Shown piece after piece: positions 20,650-27,991 of a DNA stretch of 45,931 nucleotides (its first letter is position 1; each line of letters opens with the position of its first letter). Source of the DNA: Terrimicrobiaceae bacterium. GTDB lineage: Bacteria; Verrucomicrobiota; Verrucomicrobiia; Chthoniobacterales; Terrimicrobiaceae. Location of the stretch: positions 1 to 45,931 of the forward strand of contig JBGSVZ010000023.1 of the NCBI GenBank assembly GCA_041752695.1. The letters are read 5' to 3'. The notes under the pieces are model-generated. The model made no database searches. It was not told the origin of the DNA and saw only the letters and a list, made by a program, of their open reading frames with translations. The translations under genes and the position numbers were made by a program.

Positions 20650-21288
20650 ATGAAATCCCGCCGCACCTGGCGCAATGTGCTCTACACTGCATGGGACGTC
20701 TTCTGGATCTTGCTCGATCAGAAGATCTCGACCGCCCGCAGCAGGGTCACCCTGTTCGTGCAAAACTGCCCGGTGGGCAAAGGCTTCTCCACCACAGGGC
20801 ATTGTTCCTTCAAGGCTCGCGCCGAGGGTTCCATCCGTCTGGGCGACCATGTCCGATTCCTGGCCGGGTGGCGGAGCAATCGAGTCGGTCTGTCGGGGCC
20901 GGTCCTGCTCCAAACCTTCGGCGACGGTGTCATTGAAATCGGTAATCACAGCGGCGGATCCGCAGTAGTCCTCTCTGCGCGCTCGAAGATCACCATCGGC
21001 GAGCACGTGAATCTTGGCGGGAACGTCCGGATCTTCGACCACGATTTCCATGCCCTTGAGCCAAACTTCAGAAGACTCGGCCAGACCGAGCAGGAGCCGC
21101 ACGTCCGCACCGCCCCGGTGGTGATCGGGGACGATGTGTTTGTCGGCACCAACGCCATCATCCTCAAAGGCGTGACCCTCGGCGACCGCTGCATCGTCGC
21201 GGCCGGCGCGGTGGTCTTCAAAGGGGAATATCCTGCGGATAGTATGATCGCAGGGAATCCCGCAGTCGTTAAATGCCGGGGGGAGTGA
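20650..21288 (+). CDS. Hexapeptide-repeat (LbH) O-acyltransferase
   Basis: 'ITIGEHVNLGGNVRIFDHDFH', 'PVVIGDDVFVGTNAIILKGVTLG', 'AGNPA'. Confidence 0.92.
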   Translation: MKSRRTWRNVLYTAWDVFWILLDQKISTARSRVTLFVQNCPVGKGFSTTGHCSFKARAEGSIRLGDHVRFLAGWRSNRVGLSGPVLLQTFGDGVIEIGNHSGGSAVVLSARSKITIGEHVNLGGNVRIFDHDFHALEPNFRRLGQTEQEPHVRTAPVVIGDDVFVGTNAIILKGVTLGDRCIVAAGAVVFKGEYPADSMIAGNPAVVKCRGE

Positions 21289-21298
21289 CGGGTGACGA

Positions 21299-21475
21299 GG
21301 GAATTTTTGATTGTTAATTGTTAATTGTTAATGGCCTTCCGGCAACTCGAAGGTGTCGCCTGGGAAGGCAATTCCAAGGGTCGAGATTCGACCAGAGGGA
21401 GAAGTGCTGGGATGCGAGGGGGACAACCGAGGGCCGAAGACCAATCAACAATCAGCAATCAGCAATGCTGAGGGC
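21299..21475 (+). repeat. Composite direct repeat, copy 1 (heptamer arms + core)
   Basis: Near-identical to 22555-22724; TTGTTAA arm, core GGCCTTCCGGCAACTCGAAGGTGTCGCCTGGGAAGGCAA..., AATCAGC arm. Confidence 0.95.
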
Positions 21476-21616
21476 TGAGGCCGGGTGACGAGTGACCAGT
21501 GACGAGGGGCGAGGGCGTGGGAATTTTTGATTGTTGATTGGTAATTGCTGATTGGTGATTGGTTGAGTCGGGTCTCTCCCGAGACCTCTCCCCCCCGGGC
21601 GTCATGCGAGTCGGTC

Positions 21617-21693
21617 GGGGGTCACCCGGGGGTCACCCGGGGGTCACCCGGGGGTCACCCGGGGGTCAGTCCCATAATTCCTAACATTTGGAA
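21617..21693 (+). repeat. 11-bp tandem (GGGGGTCACCC x4) running into a 41-bp direct repeat, copy 1
   Basis: Four perfect units at 21617-21660; 21653-21693 is identical to 27709-27749. Confidence 0.95.
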
Positions 21694-21836
21694 GGGCCGG
21701 GGGGCGGGAAAGGGGAACTTTTGATTTTGGATGTTTGAAGAATGAGTGGGGAGCCGACCCGGCGGTGCGGCCTACAGTTTAGGTCCCTTCGAGGGGCAGA
21801 AGGGCTCGATTGAGCTGCGAAGCGGCTCTGCGCTGG

Positions 21837-21868
21837 TTGACAACCAAGCATCCATTAATAACATGGAT
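21837..21868 (+). promoter_or_regulatory. Sigma70-like promoter with palindromic operator for TA1
   Basis: TTGACA (21837) -16 nt- TAACAT (21859); ATCCAT-N7-ATGGAT palindrome overlaps the -10 box. Confidence 0.6.
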
Positions 21869-21870
21869 AC

Positions 21871-22101
21871 ATGCAAAAGATCCAAATTCTTTTTCCTGAT
21901 CCCGTCATGCGAAAACTCAAGGAGTTTGCGGCCGTCGAGGATCGTCCCATCAGTGAGATTGTGCGTCGGGCTGTGGAGCGGTTGCTCGAGCAGCGGCCAT
22001 TGCCGCGAGGCCCCGTGAAAAAGTTCCCGACTTTCCATGGCGGGGGGATCCGAATTCCCGCCGCGTCAATGAAACAGGAAATTTACAGGGATGATGAATA
22101 G
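21871..22101 (+). CDS. vapB: Ribbon-helix-helix antitoxin (VapB-like)
   Basis: 76 aa, 'KIQILFPD...LKEFA..EDRPISEIVRRAVE' RHH pattern; overlaps the PIN gene. Confidence 0.8.
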   Translation: MQKIQILFPDPVMRKLKEFAAVEDRPISEIVRRAVERLLEQRPLPRGPVKKFPTFHGGGIRIPAASMKQEIYRDDE

Positions 22102-22531
22102 CCTGGATACAAATATCTTGGTGTACGCAGCCGATGAAGATGCCTCCGAGCACGAGGCCGCCAGCATCGTCATCGGAGAAATGTTGGCGAACCCGCAGGA
22201 TTGGCTTCTCGCCGATCAGGTTTTGTTCGAATTTTACAGGGCGTTGAGGAACCCTCGGATTTTCCAGAATCCTCTGGGTGCGCGGGAGGCCGCGCTGCAA
22301 GTGCAATTTCTCCACAGCGAGAGTGGGGCTACCCGATGCTGCTACGAGCTTGGAAACTGGGACGGGGTATTTGCGCGGATGGCCGAGCGCGGCACCCCGG
22401 CGGGGAGGATCCACGATATCGTCCTGGGGATCACCCTGAAATCCAACGGGGTGGACCGTTTTTACACCCGCAACACCAAGGACTTCCTTGCGATCGGCTT
22501 CGTTGAACTCATCAATCCCATTGACGGTTGA
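22091..22531 (+). CDS. vapC: PIN-domain toxin (VapC)
   Basis: 'LDTNILVYA', 'EFY', 'IHD', 'TRNTKDF'. Confidence 0.9.
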   Translation: MMNSLDTNILVYAADEDASEHEAASIVIGEMLANPQDWLLADQVLFEFYRALRNPRIFQNPLGAREAALQVQFLHSESGATRCCYELGNWDGVFARMAERGTPAGRIHDIVLGITLKSNGVDRFYTRNTKDFLAIGFVELINPIDG

Positions 22532-22554
22532 AAGTGACCAGGGACGAGGGGAGG

Positions 22555-22724
22555 GGGAATTTTTGATTTTTGATTGTTAATTGTTAATGGCCTTCCGGCA
22601 ACTCGAAGGTGTCGCCTGGGAAGGCAATTCCAAGGGTCGAGATTCGACCAAAGGGAGAAGTGCTGGGATGCGCGGAGGACAACCGAGGGCCAAAGACCAA
22701 TCAACAATCAGCAATGCTGAGGGC
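22555..22724 (+). repeat. Composite direct repeat, copy 2
   Basis: Matches 21299-21475 with 4 core substitutions (by eye) and different heptamer copy numbers. Confidence 0.95.
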
Positions 22725-22780
22725 GGAGGGCCGTGGGCCGAGGGTCGGGTGTTAAATGTTAAGCGTTGCCCCGCTGCCTC

Positions 22781-22812
22781 TTGCACTAACCGGCTAAAGA
22801 CGATAAAGTCTT
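22781..22812 (+). promoter_or_regulatory. Sigma70-like promoter for TA2
   Basis: TTGCAC -17 nt- TAAAGT, ATG 7 nt later; AAGAC-N6-GTCTT palindrome over the -10 box. Confidence 0.6.
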
Positions 22813-22816
22813 CGCG

Positions 22817-23128
22817 ATGACAATCCACCTTCCCCATTTGACCTGCGACTCGGCAGGAATCATCTGGATCGATGATTCAGGCTACCGAGTGGTGGATCTC
22901 GTCCGCGAGCATCTCGCACATGGTTGGAACGCTGAGATTCTCCAAGAAAACCACCCAGATCTCTCCCTCGCACAGATCCATGCGGCCCTGGCATGGTACT
23001 ACGACCACGAAGAGGAGATGCAGACGGAGATATTGCGTAGGGAAATCGAAGCAGACTCCTTCTTCGCCGATATTCCCGAGAGCTCTCTGCTGAAGCGACT
23101 CCGCGCCATCAAGGCTCTTCGTCGTTGA
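22817..23128 (+). CDS. DUF433-family antitoxin
   Basis: 'GYRVVDLV...GWNAEILQENHPDLSLAQIHAALAWYYDH'. Confidence 0.88.
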   Translation: MTIHLPHLTCDSAGIIWIDDSGYRVVDLVREHLAHGWNAEILQENHPDLSLAQIHAALAWYYDHEEEMQTEILRREIEADSFFADIPESSLLKRLRAIKALRR

Positions 23129-23472
23129 TGGCTGTCGGGCTTTACACAGACGTCCACATTCCGATGTCGATAACCCGGGCATTGAGGCGACGGGGATACG
23201 ACGTCCTGACCGCTCAGGACGACCTCGCGAATCGCCTGCCAGACTCTGAACTTCTAGATCGCAGCATGGCGCTTGGTCGTATTCTTTTCACGCAGGACGA
23301 AGATTTTCTGGCCGAAGTCGCCAAACGCCAAGGAGCTGGTCGGGAATACGCTACCGTGATATATGGGCACCAATTTGAACCCATCGGACGCTGCATCGCT
23401 GATCTGGAGCTGATCCTTGAGGCATCCACCCAGGAAGACTCCCGCAACACCCTCCTACGAGTCCCTCTGTAG
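23128..23472 (+). CDS. DUF5615 PIN-like toxin (VapC45-like)
   Basis: 'LYTDVHIP...LRRRGYDV...D.ELL...GRILFTQDEDF'; TGATG coupling to the DUF433 gene. Confidence 0.88.
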   Translation: MAVGLYTDVHIPMSITRALRRRGYDVLTAQDDLANRLPDSELLDRSMALGRILFTQDEDFLAEVAKRQGAGREYATVIYGHQFEPIGRCIADLELILEASTQEDSRNTLLRVPL

Positions 23473-23485
23473 GTTCGCAATCAAC

Positions 23486-23715
23486 AACACCCGCGCGACA
23501 GCGCTAAAGGAGAATGGGCAACTCGAAAGTGCAGCCTGGGAAGGCAACCGTAGTGGCGCAGCCACGGAGCACACCCGCGCGATAGCGCTATCGTTTAATG
23601 GGTCAGTCGAATGTGTCGCGGGGACGCAACCGTAGTGGCGCAGCCACGGAGCACCACCCGCGCGATAGCGCTCTCGTGTGATGAGATCAGTCGAACGTGT
23701 CACCTGGGAAGGCAA
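23486..23715 (+). repeat. Modular REP-like element: ~83-bp unit x ~2.7
   Basis: CACCCGCGCG at 23488, 23572, 23655; full units contain the hairpin CCGTAGTGGCGCAGCCACGG and TCGAA..GTG..C..GGGA.GCAA. Confidence 0.9.
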
Positions 23716-23754
23716 TCAGCAATGCCCGGGCCAAGGGCCGGGGGCCGAGGGCCA

Positions 23755-24168
23755 TCAGGCCGGAGCGTCGTGATGGCCGGGGTGGATGAGATTTTTGCCC
23801 AGGGTGAAAGTTTTGAAGTCTTTGGGATTGCGGGTTAAGAGCCGCCAGCCGCGCACTTCCGCGTGGGCTCCGATCCAAAAATCGCTGAGCACCCGCTCCC
23901 GTTTTCCTCCCTGCTTGCGATACGCGGAATGGGCTCGTGCGGCACGCCACGCCACGTCCGTATCGAAGGGATCGAAACGCCAGCCGGTAAAACGTTCCTC
24001 CAGATCTTTCTGCCTTGTCTGCCCCACTCCGATTTCCGCGTAAATGACCGGATTGTAAACCAGGGTGTCCCCGGATCCGAAATGGGTCATCTGCCGGAGT
24101 GACCACTCGAACCACTCAGGATCTCGAGTGGCGAGATCCAATAAGACGCAGGTATCGACCAGAATCAC
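23755..24168 (-). CDS. vapC: PIN-domain toxin (VapC)
   Basis: 'ILVDTCVLLD', 'IYAE', 'SDFWIGAHA', 'LLTRNPKDF'. Confidence 0.92.
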   Translation of the reverse strand: MILVDTCVLLDLATRDPEWFEWSLRQMTHFGSGDTLVYNPVIYAEIGVGQTRQKDLEERFTGWRFDPFDTDVAWRAARAHSAYRKQGGKRERVLSDFWIGAHAEVRGWRLLTRNPKDFKTFTLGKNLIHPGHHDAPA

Positions 24169-24404
24169 CCCTGCCCCCTGATGCCGCGCAGAATCTCATC
24201 CGTGGTGCCACTGCCTTTCAAGCAACCGACCCACCGCGCTGCCAGAGCAGCCCCCTTGCCCGGCTTCACGGCCGGAGCAATCGCGATCACCGGCCTCCCT
24301 TCGTGCTGAAGGACAAATGTCTCCACCTCCTGTCTCGCCGTAATCCCGACCGCTTCACGCATGATCCGCGGGAGAGTCACCTGACATTTGCTCGTCGTCT
24401 TCAT
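24165..24404 (-). CDS. AbrB/MazE/SpoVT-family antitoxin
   Basis: 'TTSKCQVTLPRIMREAVGI' (GQVTIP-like); overlaps the vapC start. Confidence 0.85.
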   Translation of the reverse strand: MKTTSKCQVTLPRIMREAVGITARQEVETFVLQHEGRPVIAIAPAVKPGKGAALAARWVGCLKGSGTTDEILRGIRGQG

Positions 24405-24460
24405 CGGTAATACTATTCGTCAGAATTTTTCTTACATCAAGGTGTATGTGGGACGGAGGC

Positions 24461-24621
24461 CGAGGGCCGAGGGGCGAGGGGCGAGGGGCGAGGGGCGAGG
24501 GGCGAGGGGCGAGGGGCGAGGGACGAGTGACGAGTGACGAGTGACGAGAGACGAGAGACGAGAGACGAGAGACGAGAGACGAGAGACGAGAGACGAGTGA
24601 CCAGTGACCAGTGACCAATGA
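24461..24621. repeat. Phased heptamer tandem array (23 units)
   Basis: CGAGGGC, CGAGGGG x7, CGAGGGA, CGAGTGA x3, CGAGAGA x7, CGAGTGA, CCAGTGA x2, CCAATGA. Confidence 0.97.
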
Positions 24622-24634
24622 CCAACGGCCTCGC

Positions 24635-25282
24635 TCAATCGGCTTCATGCATCCAGGCGATGGCATGCTGGAGGAGTTCGGCCGAACTTTTTAATCCCAG
24701 CTTCTCCTTGATGCGGGCGCGGTAGGTATCGATGGTTTTCGGATCGATGGAGAGGGATTCCGCGATCTGGCGGGTGGACCATCCCTGGCCGATCAGTTCG
24801 AAAACCTGCAATTCGCGGTCGGCCAGGTGGGAGACGGCGGAATCGGCGGTTCGTTCCCGTGAGACCCCGAGCGAGCGCTCGAGCATCCGCTTCGAAACCT
24901 TCCCACTCATATAAAGTTCGCCGGCGAGGACCTGCCGGATGGCCCGCATGACATGTCGGCTGGCCTCCTGTTTGGTGATATAGCCATGCGCGCCGGCCCG
25001 CAGACACCGCTCCGCGTAGATCATCTCATCGTGCATGGAGACCACGAGGATCCGCAGTTCCGGCATGGCGGCCCGGAGGTCTTTGACGAGGTCGATGCCC
25101 TGCGAGGACTTGAGGGTAAAGTCCAGGAGCGCGAGGTCCGGCATGGTCTCCAAAATCAGGGAGAGCGCCTGCGCCCGGTCTTCCGCCTCGCCGCAGACGG
25201 TGAGATCGTTTTCCCGGTTAACCAGCTCCGCGAGGCGCTCCCGCACCATCGGATGGTCATCCACGATGAATACTTTTTTCAT
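24635..25282 (-). CDS. NarL/LuxR-family response regulator
   Basis: 'VFIVDDHPMVR', 'PDLALLD', 'GAHGYITK', C-terminal HTH 'LADRELQVFELIGQG.STRQIA'; start at ATG 25282 (25321 possible). Confidence 0.95.
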   Translation of the reverse strand: MKKVFIVDDHPMVRERLAELVNRENDLTVCGEAEDRAQALSLILETMPDLALLDFTLKSSQGIDLVKDLRAAMPELRILVVSMHDEMIYAERCLRAGAHGYITKQEASRHVMRAIRQVLAGELYMSGKVSKRMLERSLGVSRERTADSAVSHLADRELQVFELIGQGWSTRQIAESLSIDPKTIDTYRARIKEKLGLKSSAELLQHAIAWMHEAD

Positions 25283-25384
25283 GCCCGAAGACAGTTCATC
25301 AGAAAAGGCACGCTGAGCCAATAGAAGGAAAGGAGCGCGCCAGCGTACATCCAGCTTCGGAAAGTCGAAGGTGAAAACCTTAAA

Positions 25385-25526
25385 CCTCCGTTATCTCCGT
25401 TTCGTTGCCACGCTTCGCGCGCCCTCCGGGCTGCCTCCGGCACGCTGTCTGCGCTACGCTTCGACTCTGTAATTTCATTTTCCGATTCTAAGTTAAATCT
25501 TCGTTATCTTCGTTTTCTTTTGTAAA
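25385..25526 (+). repeat. 9-mer repeat pair (CTCCGTTAT/CTTCGTTAT) with a nested REP-like insert
   Basis: CTCCGTTATCTCCGTT[TCGTTGCC...GCTTCG]ACTCTGTAA versus the uninterrupted CTTCGTTATCTTCGTTTTCTTTTGTAAA. Confidence 0.65.
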
Positions 25527-25540
25527 GAAATCCGTGGTCT

Positions 25541-26683
25541 TCACCGGTTTTCCAAAGGCCATTCACAAGTGACGGCCAGCCCCCGGCCTCCATATCCCGT
25601 CTGGAACCGGATCCGGGCCCCGATCATCCGGGCCCGATAGGCCATGATCCGGACGCCCATGCCTTCCTGATTATTGGGAAAGAGCGCCATGCCTTTTCCG
25701 CCATCCACCACTCGCAAAGATAGCGCCGCGGACGTGGCCGAAAGCTCGATCCTGATCGCGCCGCCGCCGGCGTGTTTCACGGCGTTGGTCACGGCCTCCT
25801 GGGCAATCCGGTAGAGCTGGCTGGAAATTTCCAATCGAATCTCCGGCAAGGACCGCTCGCATTCCACAAAGCACGACTGCCCGGAGCGATCCGAGACGCG
25901 GGCCGCCAGCTCCCGCAGGGCAATTTCCAAACCCCCCGTTTCAAGACTCGCCGGAAAGAGTCCCCGCGCCAGGTCCCGGGCCTGGGAGATCGCATCGTCC
26001 GCGATCCCCTGTAAACGCGTGACTTCCCGTTCCGAAAGAGGGTCCCCCGCCGCCACCTTCTCCTGGAGCAGGTTCAGGCTAAAGGCGAGGCTGACCAGCT
26101 CCTGGCAAAGGCCGTCGTGGAGGTCCTGCCCGATGCGGGACTGTTCCAGATCGCTCACTTCCAAAATTCTCCGCTCCAGCTGGCTGTTTTCCACCAGCTT
26201 CGCTTTGAGTTCCGCGGTGCGCGCACTCACCCGCTCCTCCAGCGTCCGGTTCATCGATTTCATGGCGGAGACCAAGCAGACGGCGACGAAAAATGTTCCG
26301 AGCCTCATGAACGCATTCCACGCCGGAATGGCCATCCCTCCCAAACCCTGGACTTCCCGCAAGTCGGTCGCGAACCAGAGCCCGCCGGCCAGCAGGGCCG
26401 CGCAAAGCCCCATACCAAAACCTGAAGCACGAGTGACAAGGAGAATGGGCACCAGATAAAGCAGCGAAGTGCTCATCCGCTGGTCGGTGTATTGCGAGAC
26501 AAGCCCGATCAGAAAAATGGCGAGGAATCCCGTGAGGGGAGTGGCCCACCAGGAAGCACCTTTCCCATTCTCGCCTCCCCCCTGATCCTGGCCGCCAATC
26601 CAAGGGGAGAGGGTGCCGCGGTCCTTGGCAGATTCGCCCGTGAAAAACGCATTTCCCGAGGCTGACTGACGCAAGCGGATCAT
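25541..26683 (-). CDS. Membrane sensor histidine kinase (HisKA_3/NarX type)
   Basis: N-terminal TM helices; H-box 'RIGQDLHDGLCQEL'; 'YRIAQEAVTNAVKHA'; 'DGGKG', 'GMGVRIMAYRA'. Confidence 0.95.
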   Translation of the reverse strand: MIRLRQSASGNAFFTGESAKDRGTLSPWIGGQDQGGGENGKGASWWATPLTGFLAIFLIGLVSQYTDQRMSTSLLYLVPILLVTRASGFGMGLCAALLAGGLWFATDLREVQGLGGMAIPAWNAFMRLGTFFVAVCLVSAMKSMNRTLEERVSARTAELKAKLVENSQLERRILEVSDLEQSRIGQDLHDGLCQELVSLAFSLNLLQEKVAAGDPLSEREVTRLQGIADDAISQARDLARGLFPASLETGGLEIALRELAARVSDRSGQSCFVECERSLPEIRLEISSQLYRIAQEAVTNAVKHAGGGAIRIELSATSAALSLRVVDGGKGMALFPNNQEGMGVRIMAYRARMIGARIRFQTGYGGRGLAVTCEWPLENR

Positions 26684-26692
26684 GCGGGGAAC

Positions 26693-27580
26693 TTAATCTT
26701 TCTTGGGGACCGCGACAAGCCACCTCAAGCACGCATGCATGCGGGTCTCCGCCAGAAGGCAATTCACTTCCCGGCGGGTCAGGTCCTGCAGGACCTCCGG
26801 CAACTCAATCCAATCCGGACGGTCATGATCGTTCACCACCTCAATGGTTTCCACGTAGTGGCTGGGGGAAAGTCGGTCCATCAGGCGTTTGGTAACCCCT
26901 GGAAGGTACCCGTCGTGCGTTTCCACCATGAGCGTCGTTCGGGACAGGCTGCGTATGGTTTGCGGGGCGATGAGAACGTCCTCGGAGCCTTCGCAGTCCA
27001 TGATCATGAGGGTGGAGGTCTGGGGTAAACTCAGGATGTCCGCGGGATCACAATGCCCACGGATCTCGACCCGGCTCTCGACGCCATTCAGCCGCGCCAG
27101 CCGGGACAGGCTCTGGCGCGCCTTGGGGTTCGCTTCGTAGGCCAGCACCGGCAAATCTGGAAACATCCTCGCCAAGCCCACCGCATAGTAACCATCCGCC
27201 GCCCCCACATCGACAATCAGGTCATATTTCCGGGTGAAGAGAGTCTGCCACGTCCGATGCAACTCGAATTCATAACTTCCCAAGAGCTTCGGATAACTCG
27301 CGCTGCAATACGAGATCACTCCCGAATAGTCCATGCCCGCAAAGGGACCCGCCAGAACCCTCCCGTGCGCCAGAGAGCGAGCGAGCCCGGGGTGGTTCCG
27401 GACAATTCGGTCCCGCTCCTCTGCCGCGCGCCGGGAAGCGAGGTAAAGTCCAAACCGGGTCAAATTCCCCCCGACCACACGCCAGCCAAAATCATTGGAG
27501 ACCATCCAATCCGCCACGCGCCGGACACCTGGCTTCGCCGCATTTTCAATCGTAGAAAAGAGGCTTGCTGAGTAAGGCAT
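26693..27580 (-). CDS. SAM-dependent methyltransferase-like protein
   Basis: 'GPFAGM', 'LLGSYEFEL', 'IVDVGAADGYYAVG', 'MDCEGSE'; start uncertain (ATG 27580 chosen). Confidence 0.75.
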   Translation of the reverse strand: MPYSASLFSTIENAAKPGVRRVADWMVSNDFGWRVVGGNLTRFGLYLASRRAAEERDRIVRNHPGLARSLAHGRVLAGPFAGMDYSGVISYCSASYPKLLGSYEFELHRTWQTLFTRKYDLIVDVGAADGYYAVGLARMFPDLPVLAYEANPKARQSLSRLARLNGVESRVEIRGHCDPADILSLPQTSTLMIMDCEGSEDVLIAPQTIRSLSRTTLMVETHDGYLPGVTKRLMDRLSPSHYVETIEVVNDHDRPDWIELPEVLQDLTRREVNCLLAETRMHACLRWLVAVPKKD

Positions 27581-27708
27581 AAGCGCGACGAGGTTGTTGG
27601 ACACACCCAACCCTTCCACGAAAAGACCGCGCCCTTCAATCGGGGCACTCACCAAGATTCTGTAGTCGAAAATCCTACACGGACGCAACAGGTTGTCCCC
27701 AGCGCGGA

Positions 27709-27749
27709 GGTCACCCGGGGGTCAGTCCCATAATTCCTAACATTTGGAA
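27709..27749 (+). repeat. 41-bp direct repeat, copy 2
   Basis: GGTCACCCGGGGGTCAGTCCCATAATTCCTAACATTTGGAA, identical to 21653-21693; followed by AAGGGCC heptamers and GTGAAA hexamers to ~27846. Confidence 0.95.
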
Positions 27750-27991
27750 TGCCGAGGCGAGTGAAAGGGCCAAGGGCCAAGGGCCTTGGGCCGAGGGGGG
27801 AGGGTCGAGGGGCGGGTGACGAGTGAATGTGAAAGTGAAAGTGAAAGGGTCGAGAACCGATATCCCGGAAGATTGACCCAAACGCCGATCCCGATAGACT
27901 GACGCCATGAAAAGCCGGGAGATCCGCGAAGACGTTCTGCGCCAGCCGGGGACTCCTGTGTCAACACCATGAAATCGACGGACGACCTGGG

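Noticed and set aside
22751..22771. GTTAAAT/GTTAAGC as integron attC R' (GTTRRRY) sites
   Set aside because: No matching upstream RYYYAAC with attC stem geometry and no IntI; they look like another heptamer run
23486..23715. Possible CRISPR array (regular ~83-bp period; also 39883-40169)
   Set aside because: Only 2-3 units, the intervening sequences are homologous to each other rather than unique spacers, and no cas genes are present
24355..24666. Three overlapping minus-strand ORFs with SLVSRLS/PSPLAPR repeats
   Set aside because: Artefact of a stop-free 7-bp array read in all three frames
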